A DNA stretch of 64,000 bases from Chrysomallon squamiferum (lineage: Eukaryota; Animalia; Mollusca). Numbering within the stretch: position 1 is the first letter of the stretch; each line of letters begins with the position of its first letter. The notes under the pieces were generated by a model, which was not told the DNA's origin, ran no database searches, and was given only the letters and a program-made list of their open reading frames with translations. The position numbers were made by a program, and so were the translations under genes. Positions 20,998-34,250 of the stretch are shown here, one piece after another. Location: assembly GCA_012295275.1 (NCBI GenBank), contig CM022678.1:18414001-18478000 (forward strand), given 5' to 3'.

Positions 20998-22289
20998 GAT
21001 ACAACTGCTTTTTTCAAAACCCTGAAATGAATGAAGCTGGGATTTGCCAACTTGATCAATAGTAACAGCAGTTTTGAACGGAATCGAAACAGATGTGGTT
21101 CAAGTGAGACAACGAAGAAAATAATCATTGTAAAGAGTAGCAAAACATGTCCAAGATATTAAAATTATATAGAAAATACAACTGTTAAACTTATTCAAAT
21201 ATTACAACACCATTACACATTTCAACACTTTGTTCATCTTCTGTGAAAACCAACAAAAACCTTTCTAATTAGGTTATTCGTTTTTCTAAGTAAAATGAAA
21301 TAAAACCGAGTGATGATAGATACATCAATGGAAATGATTGTTAAGACGGAAAGGAAGACATGTCTAACATATAAAATAAACACAGAGACAGAAAAGATTA
21401 AAAACTTGTTGTGTAACTTGATAGTTTGATGTAAAATATTTTTCACAGTCTACATTGAAACCTTTCATCCTGTCAGAGTTCATTACAATTAAGGGTGCCA
21501 TGGAACAGTTCTGAAGTTCAATAAATTCTTAAACGACTGTGGAGAGAAAATCCAACATCGAGTGACGTGTGATAATGATGGAAACAAAGTTTAAAATATC
21601 TCCAATGAAAAAGGTATGATTATAATTAGATAGACCGATGCACAAAATAAAATAAAATATGTAGTTATAAAGTAGTGAAACCTAGTGTAAGACTGTGCGT
21701 TACTGATCAAATAAGACGTCGTATATTATAACAAAATTATAATTTTTAAAGAACACACACGATATTTTACTATGAATTGAGGCAATTGGAAAGTGAAAAG
21801 TATACCACGTGACTGTTGACGTCACACTTTACAAACGAATACCTAGAAAGAATATTTAATCCATAACAATTATCTTCTTAACGTTATGGTTTTAAAAAAC
21901 AGCTATAAGTAATTTTTTAGTTTAAGTCTGATAATGAAGTTTTTAGAAAACCCCATTGGTCAAAACGATACTGTAAACTGAATGTTCGTTAAAGAACGAA
22001 AACAAGAAAACGAAATAAAATCATGTCAAGAGTGACGTGAAATAAAAATTGGGAAATAATAATAGAGAAAACATTTAACTGTATGACATGTCACGTAAAA
22101 TGTGCATGTCCTTAGATTTTACAAAGACACACTACCAACTCCAGAAATGTCAATGATTTAATCTTTTAAATTTGGTAGTTGTTTTACATTTGAGAAGATT
22201 CTCGTTCGCCAAAAATGTCAAAGAAACAGGAAAGAAAGAAGAAAAAAAAAATACAAAAGACACCAAGAAATAATTCTTCGTTACTATTT

Positions 22290-23446
22290 TGACATGAACT
22301 GATCACTGATCAGTGATATGACTAGACGAATGAAATTTTACAGACTGGTGAAAACAAAGATTTGCCGGTAGAGGTTTTACAAAAACTAAATGTTTACACC
22401 TGTATAATGTATAACTTAAAATATCAAATTTTCAGTTTTCTGTTGTTTCTTCTTAAAAACAAAATAATAGTAAAAGGGGGGGGGGGGAAGAAAAAAAAAA
22501 AAAAAAAGAAAAAAACAATCGCCTAAGACATTTAAAGGTTTCATATGCAGTATGATGGCTAAATAAGGACTTGCTTCAAGAAAACCAACAGTGGAACATT
22601 TATTGTAAATTTAATTAATGGAAATAATTATCATGAAGAGCAGGAAAATAACTGGATGCGTCTACGTATCAAAAGCTTCACACAAAATATAAAATATACA
22701 GCAATATTCTTGAAGACTGGCAAAGCTAAGAGATTTCTCAAAATTTAATTAATGACATTATTACTGTTATAACAGATATATTAAAACTAAATAGTTAAAG
22801 ATATAGAATATGATACAAAATATAGAAGTTAAACAGCGATATCTGCTGACAGAATAACAGAATGAAATTATGACAAATGACATCTACGTCTAACAAAATA
22901 AAAAAATAATAAAAAATGAGATTGCTGACATACATTGTTATAATTATTGACAAAGATTATCATGTCTTACATAAATATGTTAATCTGAGTATACGATGTG
23001 CTTGTTACTGTTTATAATGATCAGTTGTGTAAGGTTCGTTCTGCAGCATATTTATTGAAAATAATTTAAATGAATATAAAATAAAATACATCAGTTAAAA
23101 ATATAAATGAATAAATAAATATATAAATACATAAATAAGTAAATAAATAAATATTTCAAGGTGGAATAATATATAGATAGATAGATAGATTAATAAACTA
23201 ACTGTTTCGATTTTTTTACATGATGATTTCTGCTGGTTGTGGCGGAATTGGTAACTTCAGTTAACGTTATCACAAAACAGCAGTGAGTAAAGTTCACACA
23301 ACATTCAATTGTGATCTTTCATTACAGTAATTTATGTTGATATGTCAACATAATCTAACGTTATAAGAGCTTGTAAAACTATTATTTTATTTTCTCTTTG
23401 AAAAGAATTAGCAACAAGCGCTGAATATATAATTAAAGAAGAGAGA

Positions 23447-23481
<35 letters not shown>

Positions 23482-23609
23482 ATAATCTCCACATAATGTA
23501 GTTACAACAGCTTGCAAAGAAAAATTTATTTTGAAATTTCCATTTTGGTAAATACATTTTCTGCTCTTAATGAGTGAAATTAATCCTGCAGAAGTGCAAC
23601 ACTATTTAA

Positions 23610-23705
<96 letters not shown>

Positions 23706-26700
23706 AATTAAATGTTTTTGTCATCATTACTTAGTACATAATTTCACTGAACCTCCGAAAACAGAACAATAAAATATCAAACATCACAGAGCAACAAGCT
23801 GAAAGAAGTTGAGCAGGCAATATCTGGGACGTGAAGCATCATTAATCAGAGAAGAAAAAAAAAAAAAAAAAAAAGTACAAAAAACAAAGAAATAAAAAAA
23901 AAAAAAAAAAAAGAAGCAAGAAATTTAATAAAAAGAAATCAAAATCTTCTAGTAATAATATAAATAAATGATTTGTTTTCTTTTTGTTTTATTAATCTTG
24001 AACCTCCGGAATCAATTTGTTTTCTACAGACAATTGGAAAGGATAGAGATGTTCTCTTTATAGAAGAATATATCTCACTGGTGGCGTTTTTAGTTACACA
24101 TAAAGCGACAGAAGAAGAAAGAAGTACTGACTTAACGTGTGTGATGTGCTAATATTGATACACATCATTTGATTACATTTGATGTTTCAACTGAAGAAAT
24201 TACTCTCAGACATTTTTCTAGTGAGTAACAAACTGGTATTAACAGCTGAAGTTTAGTTAATAAATATAATTATTATAAGATAGGAAATACATATCTAACC
24301 TGTAAAATAAACAATGATACGCCAGAAACAGGAATGAGTTGATTACAAAGCAATAATATCAGTAAATAAAATATTTCTAAGATGTAATTTACAAGTTAAC
24401 ATGACGACTTTTTTTTTTTTTGGGGGGGAGTTGGTTTTCTTTTCTTTTTTTGTGGTTTGTAATGACATATTTTGGTGCTTTTGTTCATAAGAAAATAATA
24501 ACAATATACGGAAAAAGAAAGACAGACCCCCCCCAAACAATGTCCATGAGTTTTAAGATTTCATTCAGTGCATTGTAGTTAAAGCCGGATTTTCTCGAAT
24601 GAAAGGGAACAATGTAATGTTTATTTTAAGCTTAATTAGTGGAAATAGGTTATTATGATAGATAGGAAAACAATACGTTTAGTCTACGTACCAAATAGTT
24701 GACACAAAATCTAAATTATACAACAATGTCCTTCCTCGCTTGCACAGCTAACAGACATCTCGAAGATTAATTAATAAAATTATTACTTTTAAAATGAAAT
24801 ATTTAAATTGATGATACAAATACAGAAGTTAAAGAGTGATAATATCTGCTGACAGATATCGTTTGTTAAAGTGAGTAACAGAATGAAATTATGATAAATG
24901 ACATCTAACAAAATACAAAATAAAACAATGAAATTGGTGAGACATTGTGTTATAATTATTGACAAAGATTATCACGTCTTACAAAAATATGTTACTCTGA
25001 ACATACGATGTGCTTGTTACTGTTTATAATGATCAATTGTGTAAGGTTCGTCCAACAACACATTTATTATTGAAAATAATTTAAATAAACGACAAAATAC
25101 ATAACTTCTAAGTTAAAAATATAAATGAATGAATAAGAAAAAAAAACAATTACTTAAAGGTGGAACACACACACACACACATTAATAAACTTTAACCGTT
25201 TCGATTTTCTTTTTTTTATACAAGATGATAATATTTCTGCTGATCATATGACAGAAATGATAATTTCAGTTAATGTTATTACAAAACAGCACTGAGTAAA
25301 GTTCACACAATGTTCACTTGTTATCATTCATTAAATAATCTAAACTTACAAGAACTTTCAAAAATGTTGTTTTATTTTCTATTTAAAAAGAAAAGAATTA
25401 GCAGCATGTGTGAATATATAATTAAAACAATAATAAAGTTACAACAGCTTGCAAAGAAGAATTATTTTTGAATGTTCATTTTGGTAAAGACATTTTCTGC
25501 TTTCAATGACCAAAATTATTCTTGGAGTCCTGGAAGACTATCTACTGAGAATAGAAAATAAATTATTTATTTTTGCCTTCATTACTTAGTACATAATTTC
25601 ACTGAATGAACTAATTATTTGCATTGTGAAGTTGACCAATTGACAAACTAGAATTCATACTGAACACAAGATTTTCTGCCACTAATAAGTGAGACTAGAA
25701 AAAAGCTACATTATATAAATCATTATGCGGCAATGACAAATGCAGAAACTAAATTGAAGATCTACTGGAAACATTAAGCAAAGTTATGATATTCTTATTT
25801 TTCAAAACTACTATATATTCAGAAATATAATAAAATATCAAACATTACAGAACCTAGTCCTGAAGAAATAACTGGTTCAAGGTAGTTATTCCTGACTTCA
25901 ATCAATTTACCACAACAAGGATTATGTGAAGAATTACAGCAAATGAATCTTCTATGTGATCATATCTGCACTTAATGTATATTTATGTGGTTTAAAATGC
26001 GACATATATAAAAAAATAAAGAAAAATTATTTGATTTGACTAGTTCACAAACAGAAAACAAAATAATCTGAAATAATAACAATAATAATAATAATAATAA
26101 TAATAATACACATCCTAGATGTTAATGTTTTAAGAAATTACATGCCCAGTGACTGATATTTTGATTCACTTATTATCATGATGCATAATTAAATTATTAT
26201 GAGGCATCGACAAAAGCAGAATCAAACAGGAAGATTTATTAGAAATATTAACTAAATAGTGGTATAATATTGTTACTTTTAAAAATAATATATATTCAGA
26301 ACAATCTACAGAAAAATTTCAAATATATGTGCTAAAAAGTGACAAAGGAAACAATTTGCTAAATGTACAGAAAACTGCCTCTTCAAAAGACTGTCTACAA
26401 CAAGGACTGTGTGAAAAATAGTCATATGTGATCCTATGTGCATATCACTTAAAGTTATTATTATTATTATTTAACAAAGACATTGTTTCAGCCAACCTAC
26501 CAGTCAGCAGTGAGCTAAGTTTATATGAATTTTGACAGAGGTAAGCTTGTCTCTAAGATAACTGAAACAAATTGTGAGAGCTTGTAGTATCAAGATGTGA
26601 AGACTGTTAAAGAAATCAGATGAAAGTTTAGAAATGAACTGATTGCTGAGCAATGATATGACTAAACTTGAATGAAATGATGATGTGGAAGTCAAGTTTT

Positions 26701-28200
26701 GACAGACTCTGTTACTTCTGAGTAGACAAGTAATTTGACAGACTTGTGAATACAAAGACCTATCAGTAGAGAAAGAGTAGGAAAATAACACAATGGGTCT
26801 ATGTACCAAAGACTTCACACCAAATGAATCAATTCAATTTTTTTTTACAAGATATTTCTGCTGATCATATGGCAGAATTGATAACTTCAGTTAATGTTAT
26901 GACAAAACAGCAGTGAGTAAAGTTCACACAACATTCACTTGTGATCATTCGTTACAGTAATTTATGTTGATGATATCTCAATATAATCTAAACTTACAAG
27001 AGCTTGTAAACATATTGTTTTATTTTCTATTTAAGAAGATAAGAATTAGCAAGAGCTAATTTAAAAAAAATAATATCTTAACATAATGGAAAGTTACAAG
27101 AATTTGTCATCATTATTTAGTACATAATTTTCACCATGAACTGCATTCTCATTAAGTAGATATGAGAAATAATTTTACAGACTGGTGAAAACAAAGATCT
27201 GTCAGTAGAGGTTTTACAGAAATAAAATGTTTACAACTGTATAATGTATAGCTTAAGACAGCAAAGTTATCTGTTTTCTGTTGGGTTTTTTCTTCAAATG
27301 ATGAACTGCAGGAAAATAGCAAGATGGGTCTATGTATCAAAGACTTCACACAAAATATAAACTATACAACAATGTTCTTCAAGATTGGGAAAACTAAGAG
27401 ACTTCTCAAAGAATAATTAATGAAATTATGACTCTTATAAAACACATGTTAAAAATAAATATTTAAAGATACCAAATTGAAGAAATTACAGTGAGAGTTT
27501 TTTCTGAGTAATTAGTTAATAAACATAATTATCATAAGATAGGAAATACATGTCCAACCTATAAAACAATGATATACCAGGGAGAGATACAGAAATGAGC
27601 TGATTAACAAGAAATAATACCAGTAAATAAAATAAAGTTAACATGGCCGATTTTTGTTTTGTTTTACATATTTTGATGTTTTGTTCAGAACAAAGTAATA
27701 GTATAAGGGAAAAAAAGTCGAAGTAAAAAAAAAATCTGAACCCCACTGCAATAAAATACCACAAGATTTTATACAGTATGTGATGGTTAAAGTATGATTT
27801 GCTTCAACAAAGGCAACAATGTAAACTTTATTTTAGGTTTAATTAATGAAAATAATTATGATGAATGATAGGAAAGCAACACATTTCTTCTATGTACCAA
27901 AGATTTGATATAAAATACAAACTACAGAAGAATCTCCTTCCACAATAAGAGACTTCTCGAAGAATAATTAATGAAATCATTACTGTTACAGGAGATATAT
28001 TAAAACTAAATAATTTTACAGCAGAACATTTATGTTACAGAAAAACTAGAAGTTGAAGAGTGATGATATCTGCTGGCATTTTGCTGAATAATTCAATACA
28101 AATTAACAACAGTAAGTGATAACGACATGTCAAGTGAAATACAAAATACAAAAGAAAACAAACAGAGTGGTGGTTATAATTACTGACATAGATTGTCATG
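22290..28200 (+). pseudogene. Decayed, internally duplicated multi-exon gene relic; one part resembles a TIR-domain C-terminus
   Basis: Several 100-300 bp blocks recur 2-4 times, diverged (22330/27170/26740; 22640/24660/27310/27870; 23225/25235/26850). Some end in GTGAGT/GTAAGT donors. 26481-26780 reads SQQ*AKFI*IL...TKLE*NDDVEVKF*QTLLLL. No intact ORF. The duplication is observed; the identity is inferred. Confidence 0.4.
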
Positions 28201-28969
28201 TCTTATAGAAATAAAACAAACACATAAAGAAAAAAAAAAAAAAAAATAAATAAAAAAATTAAAATAAATAAAAAATAATAATAAAAATAAAATGTTTTTT
28301 TTTCTAAGTGGTTCTCAAGAAATTGTGATTATTAAAGATTTTATTCTACAGATAAGTAAATGGAAGAAAATGAACCTTTTTACTGTATCAGTCTATCATA
28401 ATAATTTTATTACATTTTTATATTTAATCTGTTAATCCTATTCTTTATCCATGTAAATAAATTTAATATAATTTTTCTACATATGGCATGTAATATAGAG
28501 AAAACTGTAACATAAATAAAAAATAATTATATATAATAAGTATATACTCTCATATATGTGTATGTATTTATGAATGTATACTGATATATATATGCATATT
28601 TCTATCTACATAATAATAAATAAATATACATATATACATACATTTATGGTGTGTGTATGTGTGCATGTGCATCTTAAGTAAAAATATCTTTTAGTTTGTT
28701 ATCCTTCAAATGAATTTTGTTTTTCACAAAAAAAATTCAAACCACTGACTTGGGTACATAATAACTTTAAGTAGTAAATTATAATAAAATGTACTTATAT
28801 ACATAAAACACTGTTTTAATAATTTAAAAAAAAAGAAATGTGGAAATAAACAATTATTTGTTGTAAAAAAAAAACGTTAAAAATGTCCAACATATGTAAA
28901 TTGAAATTTATATACATCTGCAACACATGTACACATAAATAGTAAAACAGATGTAGATACATACATGTG

Positions 28970-29018
<49 letters not shown>

Positions 29019-29418
29019 TGTCAGACACAATTATCATTATAGACTGTAACTACAGAAACTGACTCAGATTTTGTGGAAAGATTTATGGAATATTTGGGGG
29101 CTTTTGTTTTGTATTTTTAAAACAAATAAAAAAAAAAAAAAAAAAAAAAAACACCTCTGTTATAAAATTTATATACATCAGGAATGGAATTTGGCAATTC
29201 TTTTTAACTGCCGTCTATATCCAAACTGTTTTTTAAACTTTTATTTATTTATTTACTTATGATTGTTTTTTCTTTGTTGTTCTTATTTTTTGTTACATGG
29301 CTTTGGAGTTCTTATTTCTTTTTTCTTTTCCTTTAATAGCTCTGACATTTCAAATCAACTCAAAATGAAGTACTGATAATTTCTTTTTATTTATTTTTAT
29401 ATTTATTATTTTTATGTT

Positions 29419-29464
<46 letters not shown>

Positions 29465-29936
29465 TATTTTTAAAGTTTAATTAATATTTTTAAAAAATAA
29501 ACATTCAAAGAACTTGACTGACTACTCTTCTTTCTTTCTTCTTCTTTTTTAAACATTTTAAATCTGACTTTAAAGACAAACACAATCACAACTATAAACA
29601 AACGAAAAAGAAAAAAAAAAAAAAAAAAAAAAACATATATTTTCTTCATTTCAAATCACACACATGACTTATTAACATCACAGATTAGTTGCTTTTTCTA
29701 CCACAGTATGTCCAAACTGAAATGTCATAATAATAATAATTTGTTAGCCTGTATTTTTCAAATATTTCTCATAAAAAAAAAAAAAAAAAAAAAAAAATAA
29801 ATAAATAAATCATAGTCTTTAACCAGATGGACAAAACGTGGCAGAAACAATGACACACACCGATACAGTAACATATATTTGTGTGTTTTTTTCACCAGGT
29901 TTAGTTACAGACAGAGTTATTGAACTTGACTGAAGA

Positions 29937-30252
29937 TTAATCTTGCCATCTGTTTCCACACTGCATGTTACAACACTTGTAAAATGTAGTCATCGGTTCG
30001 TCAGCTGATCGTGTCTGCAGCTGCATGAAGAAAGCTCTGTTGTGTTCACATTTAGGACAGGTCACTGCAAAAATAAATAAAAAAATAAATAATAACAAAC
30101 TTCAGCAGCATTCATAGCAGCAGTAGTAGAAATATTAATAATAACAACAACAACAACAATAATTATAATATGATAATGATGACGATGATGATGATTATAA
30201 TTCAATTAAATAATAACAATAACTCCAAGTGCAGGAACTATAACAAAACCAC

Positions 30253-30287
<35 letters not shown>

Positions 30288-31728
30288 ATACATAAACAAA
30301 CATGTAAACAATCAAATAAACAAAAAAATAAAAAAATAATAATAATAAACAAATAAATAAACAAACAAACACAAACAAGCAAACAAGCAAACAAATAATC
30401 AAATAAACAAACAAACAAATAAACAAAGAAAGAAAAGTAATTTTTCATAATAAAACATAAACTATTGAAACTATTTAAGTACATTTATTCATACTGGATA
30501 AAACAGTGAAAGTTTTATGTGAGAAGTGTTTAGTCTCAGTAGAAAATAATCTAGTGAACACATCATACCATGTTAGGAAAACACTCTACTTACACTGTTT
30601 ACAAATATAACATCTTATTATTAGAACATAAAATCTTGATGAAAATAAAACATTAACTAAATTCCTTAATACATTTGAATCTTTAGTTATTTAGTTCTTT
30701 TTTTGGAATGCATCTAAAATATAGTCAGTATGTAGGGACACACACATGTATATAATTAAACATACATATATACATATATAATTGTTAAATTCTTCTAGCC
30801 CACCACTAGTAAAATCTGACATCCAATAGTACCTGCTCTGGAATGCACATGAAATCGCAAAGGTAACTGAATGCTACGTTTCGGTTTCACCTTGCCTGAT
30901 TCAAGCAGCCACGCCCAAACAGCATCCATGCTAACCTATTACTTTTACTAAATACTATACAATGTCCAACAAGACTTTTACTAAATACACAGTCTATAAT
31001 GTCTGACAAGACAAAATAAAACTTTCCTAGTGAACTGTCGCTCTCACCAATAATTTCCATTAACACATGTATGTCATTGACTGGTTGTAAAAAAAAAAAA
31101 GAAATCTTAATCTGTAATTATTTTTTTTTCTCTTTCCTTTGCTCTACTTCTGCATTTGAAGGTGGTTTTACAGGTGGTAAAGAAAGAGAGAGGCCTTGCT
31201 TAGGAGCATAACAACTTTATATGTTTTACTTCCTTTGTTATCAGTATAAATAATTTATAAATTTATTAACACAATTACATAAATTATCAGTGTTATTAAC
31301 ATAATGATGTATCCTTATTTTATTCTTGCAAAATTTATTAAACAAAATATTAGTTTAGTATACACAGGATTCTTGTGATCCTTAATAGAGCCTCAACACA
31401 AGTCCGTAGATAAAGACATTTGCATATGGTATATAAATCTATTTTATTGGCTTATCGGCAATACACAATGTACTACACTGCTGAAGTTAGTAGCTGTAAT
31501 TCAGTGGTTGTGTTATTGTAACTCAAACATGACAACCTGACATTTGTAAAAACACATTATTTCTAAAGATAGTTCTAAACAAATACTCAGAGAAAAAACA
31601 GGCCTTTTAAACATGTTCAATGATATTATTAATTGCATTTTGAGTGATTATAAATTATATTTGTGACAGATTTTTGTTAATACTCAGTGTGCTTATTTTT
31701 ATTTTATTTCTTATTTTTATTTGTTTAC

Positions 31729-31797
<69 letters not shown>

Positions 31798-32835
31798 ATA
31801 TTATTATTTATTTATTTATTTATTTTTGGTTACAGTTTGCATTTATTTGTTATCGGACTACAAACAGAACCTGTATCTATAAACAAAAACCAGATATATT
31901 GATATATTTATGGGCATTTAACTTACTTTGATAAAGGCCTGAATGGTATCTATAAATAATTCAAATGTGTTTGTTATTTCAACCTACACATTTGTAAAAT
32001 ACATCATGCAAAATATTAATTACAATGCGAAGCAAAAACTGATAGTTACTTAATTTTATTTATATTTGTTTACACTAAACATTAGTAGTAATAATAGCAG
32101 TGTGTTTGTATCAAATCACATATGCATATATGTATATATTTAAAGTATATATTAATATATTAAAATAATAGTTTATATTGTTACATAATTTTAATTTTTT
32201 GGTTTTATAGTTTGTTAGTTTTTTTTTTTTTAATAATAATTATTATTATTACTTTTTAACAAATAGCCTCAGTGCACTCTGACAGTGCATCACATTTTGG
32301 TGGAGTGTGATAATCTCAGGCAGTTACAGAAGCATATATTTGGTCAAATGGGTATGACGGAATTATTTCAATTCCACCCTGAACTTGTTTTAAAATTTCT
32401 GACAGTTATAGAATTTTACCATAAATTATAATTTAAATAAACTGTGTGATACTTTTTGCACAGCTCTTTAGACTGTGTTTTGACTAACTTTAATTTTGAA
32501 TTTTTATATAGAAAATATTCACCATTTTGGCATATTCAACTTTGTTTGACACCCAATATAGCCAATATACTTTTTGTGCTGGGGTGTTGTTAAACATTCA
32601 TTCATTCATTTTAACAAATAGCAGTTTTGAATATTTGAAAACATTTAATGATTAAGATGTTACGTGTAACAGATGTAAAGTGTGTACAATTTACAACCCT
32701 TTGTCAGTTTGTGTAATGTAATTTGTACATCTATCTGGATTTGTGTGAAATTTGTTATTCAACAGAAAAGAAAGGAAAAAAGGAAAAAAGCAACAGATAT
32801 TATTTTTTTTCTTTAAATTTTATAAAACATAAAAA

Positions 32836-32887
<52 letters not shown>

Positions 32888-33390
32888 TAAATAATAGTAA
32901 CCACAATACCTCCAAAGACAACACAACAACAAATATGCCAAGTAAAACTTTTACACACCTTCAGTGGAGTCGACATTTTCCCATGCTTCAGCACCACCCA
33001 GGACATCATCCACTTCCTTCAGTTTGGGGTATTTCTTGTAAGAGATCTGTCTAACAGTAAAAGACAAACTTACTTATTTCAGTTCCATAGAAAGATTATT
33101 GCTTTCGAAGAATAAATAAAGTTCCATTATTTTTGTTTGTATAAGAATATTTTATATCATGATGCGTGTTTATTTACTATCGTGTACATAAAACATTTTA
33201 AAGCGAAATTTATGTTTTAGCAATATAAGAGGGTGCTCTGAAATGTATGGTCGAAACAAAGAACAAGAAATGTACTTGCCTTTCTTGTCACATTTTGAAC
33301 ATACGGGCAAGTATTGCAAGCAAATCTGAAACATTTCGTCCCTTCTTCGACAACCAGAACGTTTGCGCAGATCGGACAAAACGTTAACAT
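29937..33390 (-). CDS. POLR3K: DNA-directed RNA polymerase III subunit RPC10 (RPC11/C11), 108 aa
   Basis: Exons 33390-33280 ([37 protein letters not shown]), 33046-32959 ([29 protein letters not shown]) and 30064-29937 ([42 protein letters not shown]). 327 bp in total. Two zinc ribbons and the TFIIS-like RSADEP motif. Confidence 0.97.
32543..32610 (+). mobile_element. SINE-like 3' tail fragment in POLR3K intron 2
   Basis: TGTTTGACACCCAATATAGCC...GTGCTGGGGTGTTGTTAAACATTCATTCATTCA ends in a (CATT)n tail, the form I recall for gastropod SINE 3' ends. Not verified by search. Confidence 0.5.
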
Positions 33391-33986
33391 ACTTATGAAG
33401 CGGTATTGTAAATGATTATTTAACTTTCAAATCGTTTCGTTTTGAACGCAAAAATTACATTTAACGCTGCGTTTCTTCTTTCGTAATTCCCACCTTTTAC
33501 TACACTCCACGGTTTTATTGATTTGCATAGATCCTTTGAAGCATGTAATTTGATTTAGTAGCATCGATCAAATGAATTATTGTAAATAAATAAATTTGAT
33601 ATTTTATTTTGTGATATCTATAAAGTGTATTATTTATGTAGGTTAATTATTTTCTCGTATTTTTATTTTATTTTCTAATTATCAAATTTCGTTTATGATC
33701 ATTTCCATTACATAAACATATAGATCTGTTTATTAGTACTAAGTTGGAATATTGATAACAATAAAATAAAAGATAAGAAATTAAAAATTTGAAACAAAGA
33801 AAACATGTTTTGTTAAGTTTAATTTTGTTTCTTGATTATCATAATAAAAGTTAAAATCTGATTTATTTTAGGAATTATTTTGTTCAATTAATGTCATCTT
33901 ATTGTTTTCTGCATTATTTATTTGCTTTATATTTTATTTATCTTTAATATTATTTACTTATTTTGTATATTTTTTTATTTATCTAG
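33391..33986. promoter_or_regulatory. Shared (bidirectional) promoter / 5'UTR region of POLR3K and GEMIN7
   Basis: Divergent start codons about 600 bp apart. CpG-containing patch at 33400-33510. AT-rich intron-like stretch ending TCTAG immediately before the GEMIN7 ATG. Confidence 0.7.
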
Positions 33987-34250
33987 ATGGATTCGGATGT
34001 GATAAAACAAGAACAGCGAACATTTTTGAGAGAGAGATTTCTGCGGATGTTGGGTGCTTTGTCAGGAAAGAATGTTTCAGTTTTCATGTATGAAAATGCC
34101 AAAGTCAGTGGCAAATTTGGGCCTGTGGATATTAACTTTCAACACCTTCAACTTTCCAATCTGTCCACACCAATGGGAGTTATCCCCCATGCTATACTAA
34201 GAACTTCTGATATTTATTCAATGAAAATTGACAATGTCAGTGAGAGTTAA
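33987..34250 (+). CDS. GEMIN7: Gem-associated protein 7 (SMN complex, Sm-like fold), 87 aa, single coding exon
   Basis: EQRTFLRERFLRML...V...MYE...VSGKFG..DI....LQ.SNLSTPMGVIPHAILRTSDI matches the Gemin7 family pattern (LRERxLR...L.TP.G....A.LR.SDI). AATAAA at 34281. Confidence 0.9.
   Translation: MDSDVIKQEQRTFLRERFLRMLGALSGKNVSVFMYENAKVSGKFGPVDINFQHLQLSNLSTPMGVIPHAILRTSDIYSMKIDNVSES

Noticed and set aside
21000-21260. Carbohydrate sulfotransferase relic (FVHLL*KP resembling IHLVRDP)
   Set aside because: Only one short imperfect motif; no PAPS-binding motif seen.
26481-26780. TGA-as-Trp or selenocysteine recoding, or a mitochondrial insertion
   Set aside because: The frame also has TAA and TAG stops, homologous copies carry deletions, and it does not resemble a mitochondrial protein; decay is simpler.
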